From NCBI GenBank assembly GCA_964016885.1, contig OZ024742.1, positions 162,874,001-162,938,000 of the forward strand: 64,000 bases of DNA, read 5' to 3'. Numbering within the stretch: the first letter of the stretch is position 1; every line of letters starts with the position of its first letter. Source of the stretch: Eledone cirrhosa (lineage: Eukaryota). The notes under the pieces were generated by a model, which had not been told where the DNA came from, did no database searches, and worked only from the letters and a program-made list of their open reading frames with translations. Both the position numbers and the translations under genes were made by a program. Shown here one piece after another: positions 1-12,230 of the stretch.

Positions 1-1
1 C

Positions 2-275
2 AAATTATCTCCCCTTGGCTGGCTGGAAATTATCTCCCCTTGGAGGCTGGAATTTATCTCCCCTTGGACGGCTAGAAATTACCTCTCCTTGGACGGCTGG
101 AAAATATGTCTCCTTGGACGGCTGGATATTATCTACCCTTGGACGGCTGGAAATTATATCCCCTTGGACGGCTGGAAATTATCTCCCCTTGGACGGCTGG
201 AAATTATCTCCCCTTGGACGGCTGGAAATTATCTCCCCTTGGACGGCTAGATATTACCTCCCCTTGGACGGCTGG
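2..275 (+). repeat. Example long run of type-A monomers (consensus AAATTATCTCCCCTTGGACGGCTGG, 25 bp)
   Basis: Eleven consecutive units. Ordered variants: GGCTGGCT, GGAGGCT (24 bp), AATTTATC/GGCTAG, TTACCTCTCC, AAAATATGTC, ATATTATCTACCC, then GGCTAG/ATATTACC near the end. Confidence 0.97.
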
Positions 276-1554
276 AAATTATCTCCCCTTGATTTTTTTT
301 ACAAATTATCTCCCCCTGATTTTTTTTTACAAATTATCTCCCCCTGATTTTTTTTTACGAATCATCTCCCCCTGATTTTTTTTTAGAAATTATCTCCGCC
401 TGATTTTTTTTTAAAAATTATCTCCCCTTGGACGGCTAGAAATTACCTCTCCTTGGACGGCTGAAAATTATCTCCCCTTGGACGGCTGCAAATTATCTCC
501 CCTTGATTTTTTAACAAATTATCTCCCCCTGATTTTTTTTTACAAATTATCTCCCCCTGATTTTTTTTTACAAATTATCTACGCCTAATTTTTTTTACAA
601 ATTATCTCCCCCTGATTTTTTTTTACAAATTATCTCCCCCTGATTTTTTTTACAAATTATCTCCCCCTGATTTTTTTTTACAAATTATCCCCCTGATTTT
701 TTTACAAATTATCTCCCCTCTGATTTTTTTTACAATCTCCGCCTGATTTTTTAAAAAATTATCTTCCCTTGGCTGGCGGGAAATTATCTCCCCTTGGACG
801 GCTGGAAATTATATCCCCTTGGACGGCTGGAAATTACCTCCCCTTGGACAGCTGGAAATTATCTGCCCTTGATTTTGTTTTTACAAATTATCTCCCCCTG
901 ATTTTTTTTACAAATTATCTCCACCTGATTTTTTAAAAAATTATCTCCCTTTGGACGGCTGGAAATTATCTCCCCTTGATTTTTTTACAAATTATCTCCC
1001 CCTGATTTTTTTTACAAATTATCTCCCCCTGATTTTTTTACAAATTATCTCCCCCTGATTTTTTTTACAAATTATCTCCGCCTGATTTTTTTAAATATTA
1101 TCTTCTCTTGGCTGGCGGGAAATTATCTCCCCTTGGACGGCTGAAAATTATCTCCCCTTGGACGGCTGGAAATTATCTCCCCTTGATTTTTTTTACAAAT
1201 TATCTCCCCCTGATTTTTTTTTACAAATTATCTTCCCCTGATTTTTTTTTACAAATTATCTCCCCCTGATTTTTTTTTACAAATTATCTCCCCCTGATTT
1301 TTTTACAAATTATCTCCCCCTGATTTTTTTACAAATTATCTCCCCTTAGCTGGCTGGAAATTATCTCCCCTTGGAGGCTGGAATTTATCTCCCCTTGGAC
1401 GGCTAGAAATTACCTCTCCTTGGACGGCTGGAAAATATGTCCTTGGACGGCTGGATATTATCTACCCTTGGACGGCTGGAAATTATCTCCCCTTGGACGG
1501 CTGGAAATTATCTCCCCTTGGACGGCTAGATATTAGCTCCCCTAGGACGGCTGG

Positions 1555-1910
1555 AAATTATCTCCCCTTGATTTTTTTTACAAATTATCTCCCCCTGATT
1601 TTTTTTTACAAATTATCACCCCCTGATTTTTTTTTACAAATTATCTACCCCTGATTTTTTTTTACAAATTATCTCCCCCTGATTTTTTTTACAAATTATC
1701 TCTCCCTGATTTTTTTTTACAAATTATCTCCCCCTGATTTTTTTTTACAAATTATCTACCCCTGATTTTTTTTTACAAATTATCTCCCCCTGATTTTTTT
1801 TACAAATTATCTCCCCCTGATTTTTTTTACAAATTATCTCCCCCTGATTTTTTTACAAATTATCTCCCCCCGATTTTTTTTACAAATTATCTCCGCCTAA
1901 TTTTTTTAAA
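1555..1910 (+). repeat. Example long run of type-B monomers (consensus AAATTATCTCCCCCTGA(T)7-10AC, 26-29 bp)
   Basis: About 13 consecutive units that differ mainly in T-tract length and in single substitutions within the C-tract. Confidence 0.97.
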
Positions 1911-4900
1911 TATTATCTTCCCTTGGCTGGCGGGAAATTATCTCCCCTTGGACGGCTGAAAATTATCTCCCCTTGGACGGCTGGAAATTATCTCCCCTTG
2001 ATTTTTTTACAAATTATCTCCCCCTGATTATTTTTTACAAATTATCTCCCCCTGATTTTTTTTTACAAATTATCTCCCTCTGATTTTTTTTACAAATTAT
2101 CTCCCCTTGGCTGGCTGGAAATTATCTCCCCTTGGAGGCTGGAATTTATCTCCCCTTGGACGGTTAGAAATTACCTCTCCTTGGACTGCTGGAAAATATG
2201 TCTCCTTGGACGGCTGGAAATTATCTCCCCTTGGACGGCTGGAAATTATCTCCCCTTGGACAGCTGGAAATTATCTCTCCTCGGACGACTAGAAATTACC
2301 TCTCCTTGGACAGCTGAAAATTATCTCCCCTTGGACGGCTGGAAATTATCTCCCCTTGATTTTTTTTACAAATTATCTCCCCCTGATTTTTTTTACAAAT
2401 TATCTCCCCCTAATTTTTTTTTACAAATTATCTCCCCCTGATTTTTTTTACAAATTATCTCCCCCTGATATTTTTTACAAATTATCTCCCCCTGATTTTT
2501 TTACAAATTATCTCCCCTTGGCTGGCTGGAAATTATCTCCCCTTGGAGGCTGGAATTTATCTCCCCTTGGACGGCTAGAAATTACCTCGCCTTGGACGGC
2601 TGGAAAATATGTCTCCTTGGACGGCTGGAAATTATCTCCCCTTGGACGGCTGGAAATTATCTCCCCTTGGACGGCTGGAAATTATCTCCCCTTGGACGGC
2701 TAGATATTACCTCCCCTTGGACGGCTGGAAATTATCTCCCCTTGATTTTTTTTACAATTTATCTCCCCCTAATTTTTTTTTACAAATTATCTCCCCCTGA
2801 TTTTTTTTTACGAATTATCTCACCCTGATTTTTTTTTACAAATTATCTCCGCCTGATTTTTTTTTAAAAATTATCTCCCCTTGAACGGCTGGAAATTATC
2901 TCCCCTTGGACGGCTGGAAATTATCTCCCCTTGGACGGCTAGAAATTACCTCTCCTTGGACGGCTGAAAATTATCTCCCCTTGGACGGCTGCAAATTATC
3001 TCCCCTTGATTTTTTAACAAATTATCTCCCCCTGATTTTTTTTTACAAATTATCTCCCCCTGATTTTTTTTTACAAATTATCTACGCCTAATTTTTTTTA
3101 CTAATTATCTCCCCCTGATTTTTTTTTACAAATTATCTCCCCCTGATTTTTTTTACAAATTATCTCCCCCTGATTTTTTTTTACAAATTATTTCCCCCTG
3201 ATTTTTTTACAAATTATCTCCACCCTGATTTTTTTTACAATCTCCGCCTGATTTTTTAAAAAATTATCTTCCCTTGGCTGGCGGGAAATTATCTCCCCTT
3301 GGACGGCTGGAAATTATATCCCCTTGGAAGGATGGAAATTATCTCCCCTTGGACGGCTGGAAATCATCTCCCCTTGGACGGCTGGAAATTATCTCCCCTT
3401 GGACAGCTGGAAATTATCTGCCCTTGATTTTGTTTTTACAAATTATCTACCCCTGATTTTTTTTACAAATTATCTCCACCTGATTTTTAAAAAAATTATC
3501 TTCCCTTGGACGGCTGGAAATTATCTCCCCTTGGACGGCTGAAAATTATCTCCCCTTGGACGGCTGGAAATTATCTCCCCTTGATTTTTTTTACAAATTA
3601 TCTCCCCCTGATTTTTTTTTACAAATTATCTCCCCCTGATTTTTTTTTACAAATTATCTCCCCCTGATTTTTTTTTACAAATTATCTCACCCTGATTTTT
3701 TTTACAAATTATCTCCCCCTGATTTTTTTACAAATTATCTCCCCTTGGCTGGCTGGAAATTATCTCCCCTTGGAGGCTGGAATTTATCTCCCCTTGGACG
3801 GCTAGAAATTACCTCTCCTTGGAAGGCTGGAAAATATGTCTCCTTGGACGGCTGGATATTATCTACCCTTGGACGGCTGGAAATTATCTCCCCTTGGACG
3901 GCTGGAAATTATCTCCCCTTGGACGGCTAGATATTACCTCCCCTTGGACGGCTGGAAATTATCTCCCCCTGATTTTTTTACAAATTATCTCCCCCTGATT
4001 TTTTTTACAAATTATCTCCGCCTAATTTTTTTAAATATTATCTTCCCTTGGCTGGCGGGAAATTATCTCCCCTTGGACGTCTGAAAATTATCTCCCCTTG
4101 GACGGCTGGAAATTATCTCCCCTTGATTTTTTTTTACAAATTATCTCCCCCTGATTTTTTTTTACAAATTATCTCCCCCTGATTTTTTTTACAAATTATC
4201 TCCCCTTGGACGGCTGGAAATTATCTCCCCTTGATTTTTTTACAAATTATCTCCCCCTGATTTTTTTTACAAATTATCTCCCCCTGATTTTTTTTTACGA
4301 ATTATCTCCCCCTGATTTTTTTTTATAAATTATCTCCGCCTGATTTTTTTTTAAAAATTATCTCCCCTTGAACGGCTGGAAATTATCTCCCCTTGGACGG
4401 CTGGAAATTATCTCCCCTTGGACGGCTAGAAATTACCTCTCCTTGGACGGCTGAAAATTATCTCCCCTTGGACGGCTGCAAATTATCTCCCCTTGATTTT
4501 TTAACAAATTATCTCCCCCTGATTTTTTTTTACAAATTATCTCCCCCTGATTTTTTTTTACAAATTATCTACGCCTAATTTTTTTTACAAATTATCTCCC
4601 CCTGATTTTTTTTTACAAATTATCTCCCCCTGATTTTTTTTACAAATTATCTCCCCCTGATTTTTTTTTACAAATTATTTCCCCCTGATTTTTTTATAAA
4701 TTATCTCCCCCCTGATTTTTTTTACAATCTCCGCCTGATTTTTTTAAAAATTATCTTCCCTTGGCTGGCGGGAAATTATCTCCCCTTGGACGGCTGGAAA
4801 TTATATCCCCTTGGACGGCTGGAAATTACCTCCCCTTGGACAGCTGGAAATTATCTGCCCTTGATTTTGTTTTTACAAATTATCTCCCCCTGATTTTTTT

Positions 4901-7900
4901 TACAAATTATCTCCACCTGATTTTTTAAAAAATTATCTCCCCTTGGACGGCTGGAAATTATCTCCCCTTGATTTTTTTACAAATTATCTCCCCCTGATTT
5001 TTTTTACAAATTATCTCCCCCTGATTTTTTTTTTACAAATTATCTCCCCCTGATTTTTTTACAAATTATCTCCCCCTGATTTTTTTTATAAATTATCTCC
5101 GCCTGATTTTTTTAAATATTATCTTCCCTTGGCTGGCGGGAAATTATCTCCCCTTGGACGGCTGAAAATTATCTCCCCTTGGACGGCTGGAAATTATCTC
5201 CCCTTGATTTTTTTACAAATTATCTCCCCCTGATTTTTTTTACAAATTATCTCCCCCTGATTTTTTTTACGAATTATCTCCCCCTGATTTTTTTTTACAA
5301 ATTATCTGCCCCTGATTTTTTTTACAAATTATCTCCCCCTGATTTTTTTACAAATTATCTCCCCTTGGCTGGCTGGAAATTATCTCCCCTTGGAGGCTGG
5401 AATTTATCTCCCCTTGGAGGGCTAGAAATTACCTCGCCTTGGACGGCTGGAAAATATTTCTCCTTGGACGGCTGGATATTATCTACCCTTGGACGGGTGG
5501 AAATTATCTCCCCTTGGACGGCTGGAAATTATCTCCCCTTGGACGGCTAGATATTACCTCCCCTTGGACGGCTGGAAATTATCTCCCCTTGATTTTTTTT
5601 ACAAATTATCTCCCCCTGATTTTTTTTTTACAAATTATCTCCCCCTGATTTTTTTACAAATTATCTCCCCCTGATTTTTTTTACAAATTATCTCCGCCTG
5701 ATTTTTTTAAATATTATCTTCTCTTGGCTGGCGGGAAATTATCTCCCCTTGGACGGCTGAAAATTATCTCCCCTTGGACGGCTGGAAATTATCTCCCCTT
5801 GATTTTTTTTACAAATTATCTCCCCCTGATTTTTTTTTACAAATTATCTCCCCCTGATTTTTTTTTACAAATTATCTCCCCCTGATTTTTTTTTACAAAT
5901 TATCTCCCCCTGATTTTTTTTTACAAATTATCTCCCCTTGATTTTTTTACAAATTATCTCCCCTTAGCTGGCTGGAAATTATCTCCCCTTGGAGGCTGGA
6001 ATTTATCTCCCCTTGGACGGCTAGAAATTACCTCTCCTTGGACGGCTGGAAAATATGTCCTTGGACGGCTGGATATTATCTACCCTTGGACGGCTGGAAA
6101 TTATCTCCCCTTGGACGGCTGGAAATTATCTCCCCTTGGACGGCTAGATATTACCTCCCCTTGGACGGCTGGAAATTATCTCCCCTTGATTTTTTTTACA
6201 AATTATCTCCCCCTGATTTTTTTTTACAAATTATCTCCCCCTGATTTTTTTTTACAAATTATCTACCCCTGATTTTTTTTTTACAAATTATCTCCCCCTG
6301 ATTTTTTTTACAAATTATCTCTCCCTGATTTTTTTTTACAAATTATCTCCCCCTGATTTTTTTTTACAAATTATCTACCCCTGATTTTTTTTTACAAATT
6401 ATCTCCCCCTGATTTTTTTTACAAATTATTTCCCCCTGATTTTTTTTACAAATTATCTCCCCCTGATTTTTTTACAAATTATCTCCCCCCGATTTTTTTT
6501 ACAAATTATCTCCGCCTAATTTTTTTAAATATTATCTTCCCTTGGCTGGCGGGAAATTATCTCCCCTTGGACGGCTGAAAATTATCTCCCCTTGGACGGC
6601 TGGAAATTATCTCCCCTTGATTTTTTTACAAATTATCTCCCCCTGATTATTTTTTACAAATTATCTCCCCCTGATTTTTTTTTACAAATTATCTCCCCCT
6701 GATTTTTTTACAAATTATCTCCCCTTGGCTGGCTGGAAATTATCTCCCCTTGGAGGCTGGAATTTATCTCCCCTTGGACGGTTAGAAATTACCTCTCCTT
6801 GGACTGCTGGAAAATATGTCTCCTTGGACGGCTGGAAATTATCTCCCCTGCGACGGCTGGAAATTATCTCCCCTTGGACGGCTGGAAATTATCTCTCCTC
6901 GGACGACTAGAAATTACCTCTCCTTGGACAGCTGAAAATTATCTCCCCTTGGACGGCTGGAAATTATCTCCCCTTGATTTTTTTTACAAATTATCTCCCT
7001 CTGATTTTTTTTTACAAATTATCTCCCCCTGATTTTATTTTACAAATTATCTCCCCCTGATTTTTTTTACAAATTATCTGCCCCTGATATTTTTTACAAA
7101 TTATCTCCCCCTGATTTTTTTACAAATTATCTCCCCTTGGCTGGCTGGAAATTATCTCCCCTTGGAGGCTGGAATTTATCTCCCCTTGGACGGCTAGAAA
7201 TTACCTCGCCTTGGACGGCTGGAAAATATGTCTCCTTGGACGGCTGGAAATTATCTCCCCTTGGACGGCTGGAAATTATCTCCCCTTGGACGGCTAGATA
7301 TTACCTCCCCTTGGACGGCTGGAAATTATCTCCCCTTGATTTTTTTTACAAATTATCTCCGCCTGATTTTTTTTTACAAATTATCTCCCCCTGATTTTTT
7401 TTACAAATTATCTCCCCCTGATTTTTTTACAAATTATCTCCCCCCGATTTTTTTTACAAATTATATCCGCCTAATTTTTTTAAATATTATCTTCCCTTGG
7501 CTGGCGGGAAATTATCTCCCCTTGGACGGCTGAAAATTATCTCCCCTTGGACGGCTGGAAATTATCTCCCCTTGATTTTTTTACAAATTATCTCCCCCTG
7601 ATTATTTTTTACAAATTATCTCCCCCTGATTTTTTTTTACAAATTATCTCCCTCTGATTTTTTTTACAAATTATCTCCCCTTGGCTGGCTGGAAATTATC
7701 TCCCCTTGGAGGCTGGAATTTATCTCCCCTTGGACGGTTAGAAATTACCTCTCCTTGGACTGCTGGAAAATATGTCTCCTTGGACGGCTGGAAATTATCT
7801 CCCCTTGGACGGCTGGAAATTATCTCCCCTTGGACGGCTGGAAATTATCTCTCCTCGGACGACTAGAAATTACCTCTCCTTGGACAGCTGAAAATTATCT

Positions 7901-10900
7901 CCCCTTGGACGGCTGGAAATTATCTCCCCTTGATTTTTTTTACAAATTATCTCCCCCTGATTTTTTTTACAAATTATCTCCCCCTGATTTTTTTTTACAA
8001 ATTATCTCCCCCTGATATTTTTTACAAATTATCTCCCCCTGATATTTTTTACAAATTATCTCCCCCTGATTTTTTTACAAATTATCTCCCCTTGGCTGGC
8101 TGGAAATGATCTCCCCTTGGAGGCTGGAATTTATCTCCCCTTGGACGGCTAGAAATTACCTCCCCTTGGACGGCTGGAAATTATCTCCCCTTGGACGGCT
8201 AGATATTACCTCCCCTTGGACGGCTGGAAATTATCTCCCCTTGATTTTTTTTACAATTTATCTCCCCCTGATTTTTTTTTACAAATTATCTCCCCCTGAT
8301 TTTTTTTACGAATTATCTCCCCCTGATTTTTTTTTACAAATTATCTCCGCCTGATTTTTTTTTAAAAATTATCTCCCTTGAACGGCTGGAAATTATCTCC
8401 CCTTGGACGGCTGGAAATTATCTCCCCTTGGACGGCTAGAAATTACCTCTCCTTGGACGGCTGAAAATTATCTCCCCTTGGACGGCTGCAAATTATCTCC
8501 CCTTGATTTTTTAACAAATTATCTCCCCCTGATTTTTTTTTACAAATTATCTCCCCCTGATTTTTTTTTACAAATTATCTACGCCTAATTTTTTTTACAA
8601 ATTATCTCCCCCTGATTTTTTTTTACAAATTATCTCCCCCTGATTTTTTTTACAAATTATCTCCACCTGATTTTTTTTTACAAATTATTTCCCCCTGATT
8701 TTTTTACAAATTATCTCCCCCCTGATTTTTTTTACAATCTCCGCCTGATTTTTTTAAAAATTATCTTCCCTTGGCTGGCGGGAAATTATCTCCCCTTGGA
8801 CGGCTGGAAATTATATCCCCTTGGAAGGATGGAAATTATCTCCCCTTGGACGGCTGGAAATTATCTCCCCTTGGACGGCTGGAAATTATCTCCCCTTGGA
8901 CAGCTGGAAATTATCTGCCCTTGATTTTGTTTTTACAAATTATCTCCCCCTGATTTTTTTTACAAATTATCTCCACCTGATTTTTAAAAAAATTATCTCC
9001 CCTTGGACGGCTGGAAATTATCTCCCCTTGATTTTTTTACAAATTATCTCCCCCTGATTTTTTTTACAAATTATCTCCCCCTGATTTTTTTTACAAATTA
9101 TCTCCCCCTGATTTTTTTACAAATTATCTCCCCCTGATTTTTTTTACAAATTATCTCCGCCTGATTTTTTTAAATATTATCTTCCCTTGGCTGGCGGGAA
9201 ATTATCTCCCCTTGGACGGCTGAAAATTATCTCCCCTTGGACGGCTGGAAATTATCACCCCTTGATTTTTTTTACAAATTATCTCCCCCTGATTTTTTTT
9301 TACAAATTATCTCCCCCTGATTTTTTTTTACAAATTATCTCCCCCTGATTTTTTTTTACAAATTATCTCACCCTGATTTTTTTTACAAATTATCTCCCCC
9401 TGATTTTTTTACAAATTATCTCCCCTTGGCTAGCTGGAAATTATCTCCCCTTGGAGGCTGGAATTTATCTCCCCTTGGACGGCTAGAAATTACCTCTCCT
9501 TGGACGGCTGGAAAATATGTCTCCTTGGACGGCTGGATATTATCTACCCTTGGACGGCTGGAAATTATCTCCCCTTGGACGGCTGGAAATTATCTCCCCT
9601 TGGACGGCTAGATATTACCTCCCCTTGGACGGCTGGAAATTATCTCCCCTTGATTTTTTTACAAATTATCTCCCCCTGATTATTTTTTACAAATTATCTC
9701 CCCCTGATTTTTTTTTACAAATTATCTCCCTCTGATTTTTTTTACAAATTATCTCCCCTTGGCTGGCTGGAAATTATCTCCCCTTGGAGGCTGGAATTTA
9801 TCTCCCCTTGGACGGTTAGAAATTACCTCTCCTTGGACTGCTGGAAAATATGTCTCCTTGGACGGCTGGAAATTATCTCCCCTTGGACGGCTGGAAATTA
9901 TCTCCCCTTGGACGGCTGGAAATTATCTCTCCTCGGACGACTAGAAATTACCTCTCCTTGGACAGCTGAAAATTATCTCCCCTTGGACGGCTGGAAATTA
10001 TCTCCCCTTGATTTTTTTTACAAATTATCTCCCCCTGATTTTTTTTACAAATTATCTCCCCCTGATTTTTTTTTACAAATTATCTCCACCTGATTTTTTT
10101 TTACAAATTATCTGCCCCTGATTTTTTTAACAAATTATCTCCCCCTGATTTTTTTACAAATTATCTCCCCTTGGCTGGCTGGAAATTATCTCCCCTTGGA
10201 GGCTGGAATTTATCTCCCTTTGGACGGCTAGAAATTACCTCTCCTTGGACGGCTGGAAAATATTTCTCCTTGGACGGCTGGATATTATCTACCCTTGGAC
10301 GGGTGGAAATTATCTCCCCTTGGACGGCTGGAAATTATCTCCCCTTGGACGGCTAGATATTACCTCCCCTTGGACGGCTGGAAATTATCTCCCCTTGATT
10401 TTTTTTACAAATTATCTCCCCCTGATTTTTTTTTACAAATTATCTCCCCCTGATTTTTTTACAAATTATCTCCCCCTGATTTTTTTTACAAATTATCTCC
10501 ACCTGATTTTTTTAAATATTATCTTCTCTTGGCTGGCGGGAAATTATCTCCCCTTGGACGGCTGAAAATTATCTCCCCTTGGACGGCTGGAAATTATCTC
10601 CCCTTGATTTTTTTTACAAATTATCTCCCCCTGATTTTTTTTTACAAATTATCTCCCCCTGATTTTTTTTTACAAATTATCTCCCCCTGATTTTTTTTTA
10701 CAAATTATCTCCCCCTGATTTTTTTTACAAATTATCTCCCCCTGATTTTTTTACAAATTATCTCCCCTTAGCTGGCTGGAAATTATCTCCCCTTGGAGGC
10801 TGGAATTTATCTCCCCTTGGACGGCTAGAAATTACCTCTCCTTGGACGGCTGGAAAATATGTCCTTGGACGGCTGGATATTATCTACCCTTGGACGGCTG

Positions 10901-12230
10901 GAAATTATCTCCCCTTGGACGGCTGGAAATTATCTCCCCTTGGACGGCTAGATATTAGCTCCCCTTGGACGGCTGGAAATTATCTACCCCTGATTTTTTT
11001 TTACAAATTATCTCCCCCTGATTTTTTTTACAAATTATCTCTCCCTGATTTTTTTTTACAAATTATCTCCCCCTGATTTTTTTTTACAAATTATCTACCC
11101 CTGATTTTTTTTTACAAATTATCTCCCCCTGATTTTTTTTACAAATTATCTCCCCCTGATTTTTTTTACAAATTATCTCCCCCTGATTTTTTTACAAATT
11201 ATCTCCCCCCGATTTTTTTTACAAATTATCTCCGCCTAATTTTTTTAAATATTATCTTCCCTTGGCTGGCGGGAAATTATCTCCCCTTGGACGGCTGAAA
11301 ATTATCTCCCCTTGGACGGCTGGAAATTATCTCCCCTTGATTTTTTTACAAATTATCTCCCCCTGATTATTTTTTACAAATTATCTCCCCCTGATTTTTT
11401 TTTACAAATTATCTCCCTCTGATTTTTTTTACAAATTATCTCCCCATGGCTGGCTGGAAATTATCTCCCCTTGGAGGCTGGAATTTATCTCCCCTTGGAC
11501 GGTTAGAAATTACCTCTCCTTGGACTGCTGGAAAATATGTCTCCTTGGACGGCTGGAAATTATCTCCCCTGGGACGGCTGGAAATTATCTCCCCTTGGAC
11601 GGCTGGAAATTATCTCTCCTCGGACGACTAGAAATTACCTCTCCTTGGACAGCTGAAAATTATCTCCCCTTGGACGGCTGGAAATTATCTCCCCTTGATT
11701 TTTTTTACAAATTATCTCCCCCTGATTTTTTTTTACAAATTATCTCCCCCTGATTTTATTTTACAAATTATCTCCCCCTGATTTTTTTTACAAATTATCT
11801 CCCCCTGATATTTTTTACAAATTATCTCCCCCTGATTTTTTTACAAATTATCTCCCCTTGGCTGGCTGGAAATTATCTCCCCTTGGAGGCTGGAATTTAT
11901 CTCCCCTTGGACGGCTAGAAATTACCTCGCCTTGGACGGCTGGAAAATATGTCTCCTTGGACGGCTGGAAATTATCTCCCCTTGGACGGCTGGAAATTAT
12001 CTCCCCTTGGACGGCTGGAAATTATCTCCCCTTGGACGGCTAGATATTACCTCCCCTTGGACGGCTGGAAATTATCTCCCCTTGGTTTTTTTACAAATTA
12101 TCTCCCCCTGATTTTTTTTTACAAATTATCTCCCCCTGATTTTTTTTTACAAATTATCTCCCCCTGATTTTTTTTTACAAATTATCTCACCCTGATTTTT
12201 TTTACAAATTATCTCCCCCTGATTTTTTTA

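Noticed and set aside
276-420. T-tracts as intrinsic or Pol III terminators
   Set aside because: There is no GC-rich hairpin upstream and no transcription unit; the tracts are simply part of the B monomer.
1555-1910. G-quadruplex or i-motif potential from G4-5/C4-5 tracts
   Set aside because: The tracts are separated by loops of more than 20 nt, far beyond typical stable intramolecular G4 patterns.
1930-1950. GGGAAATTATCTCCC as an NF-kB site or hairpin
   Set aside because: It does not fit GGGRNWYYCC spacing, and the potential stem is only 4 bp.
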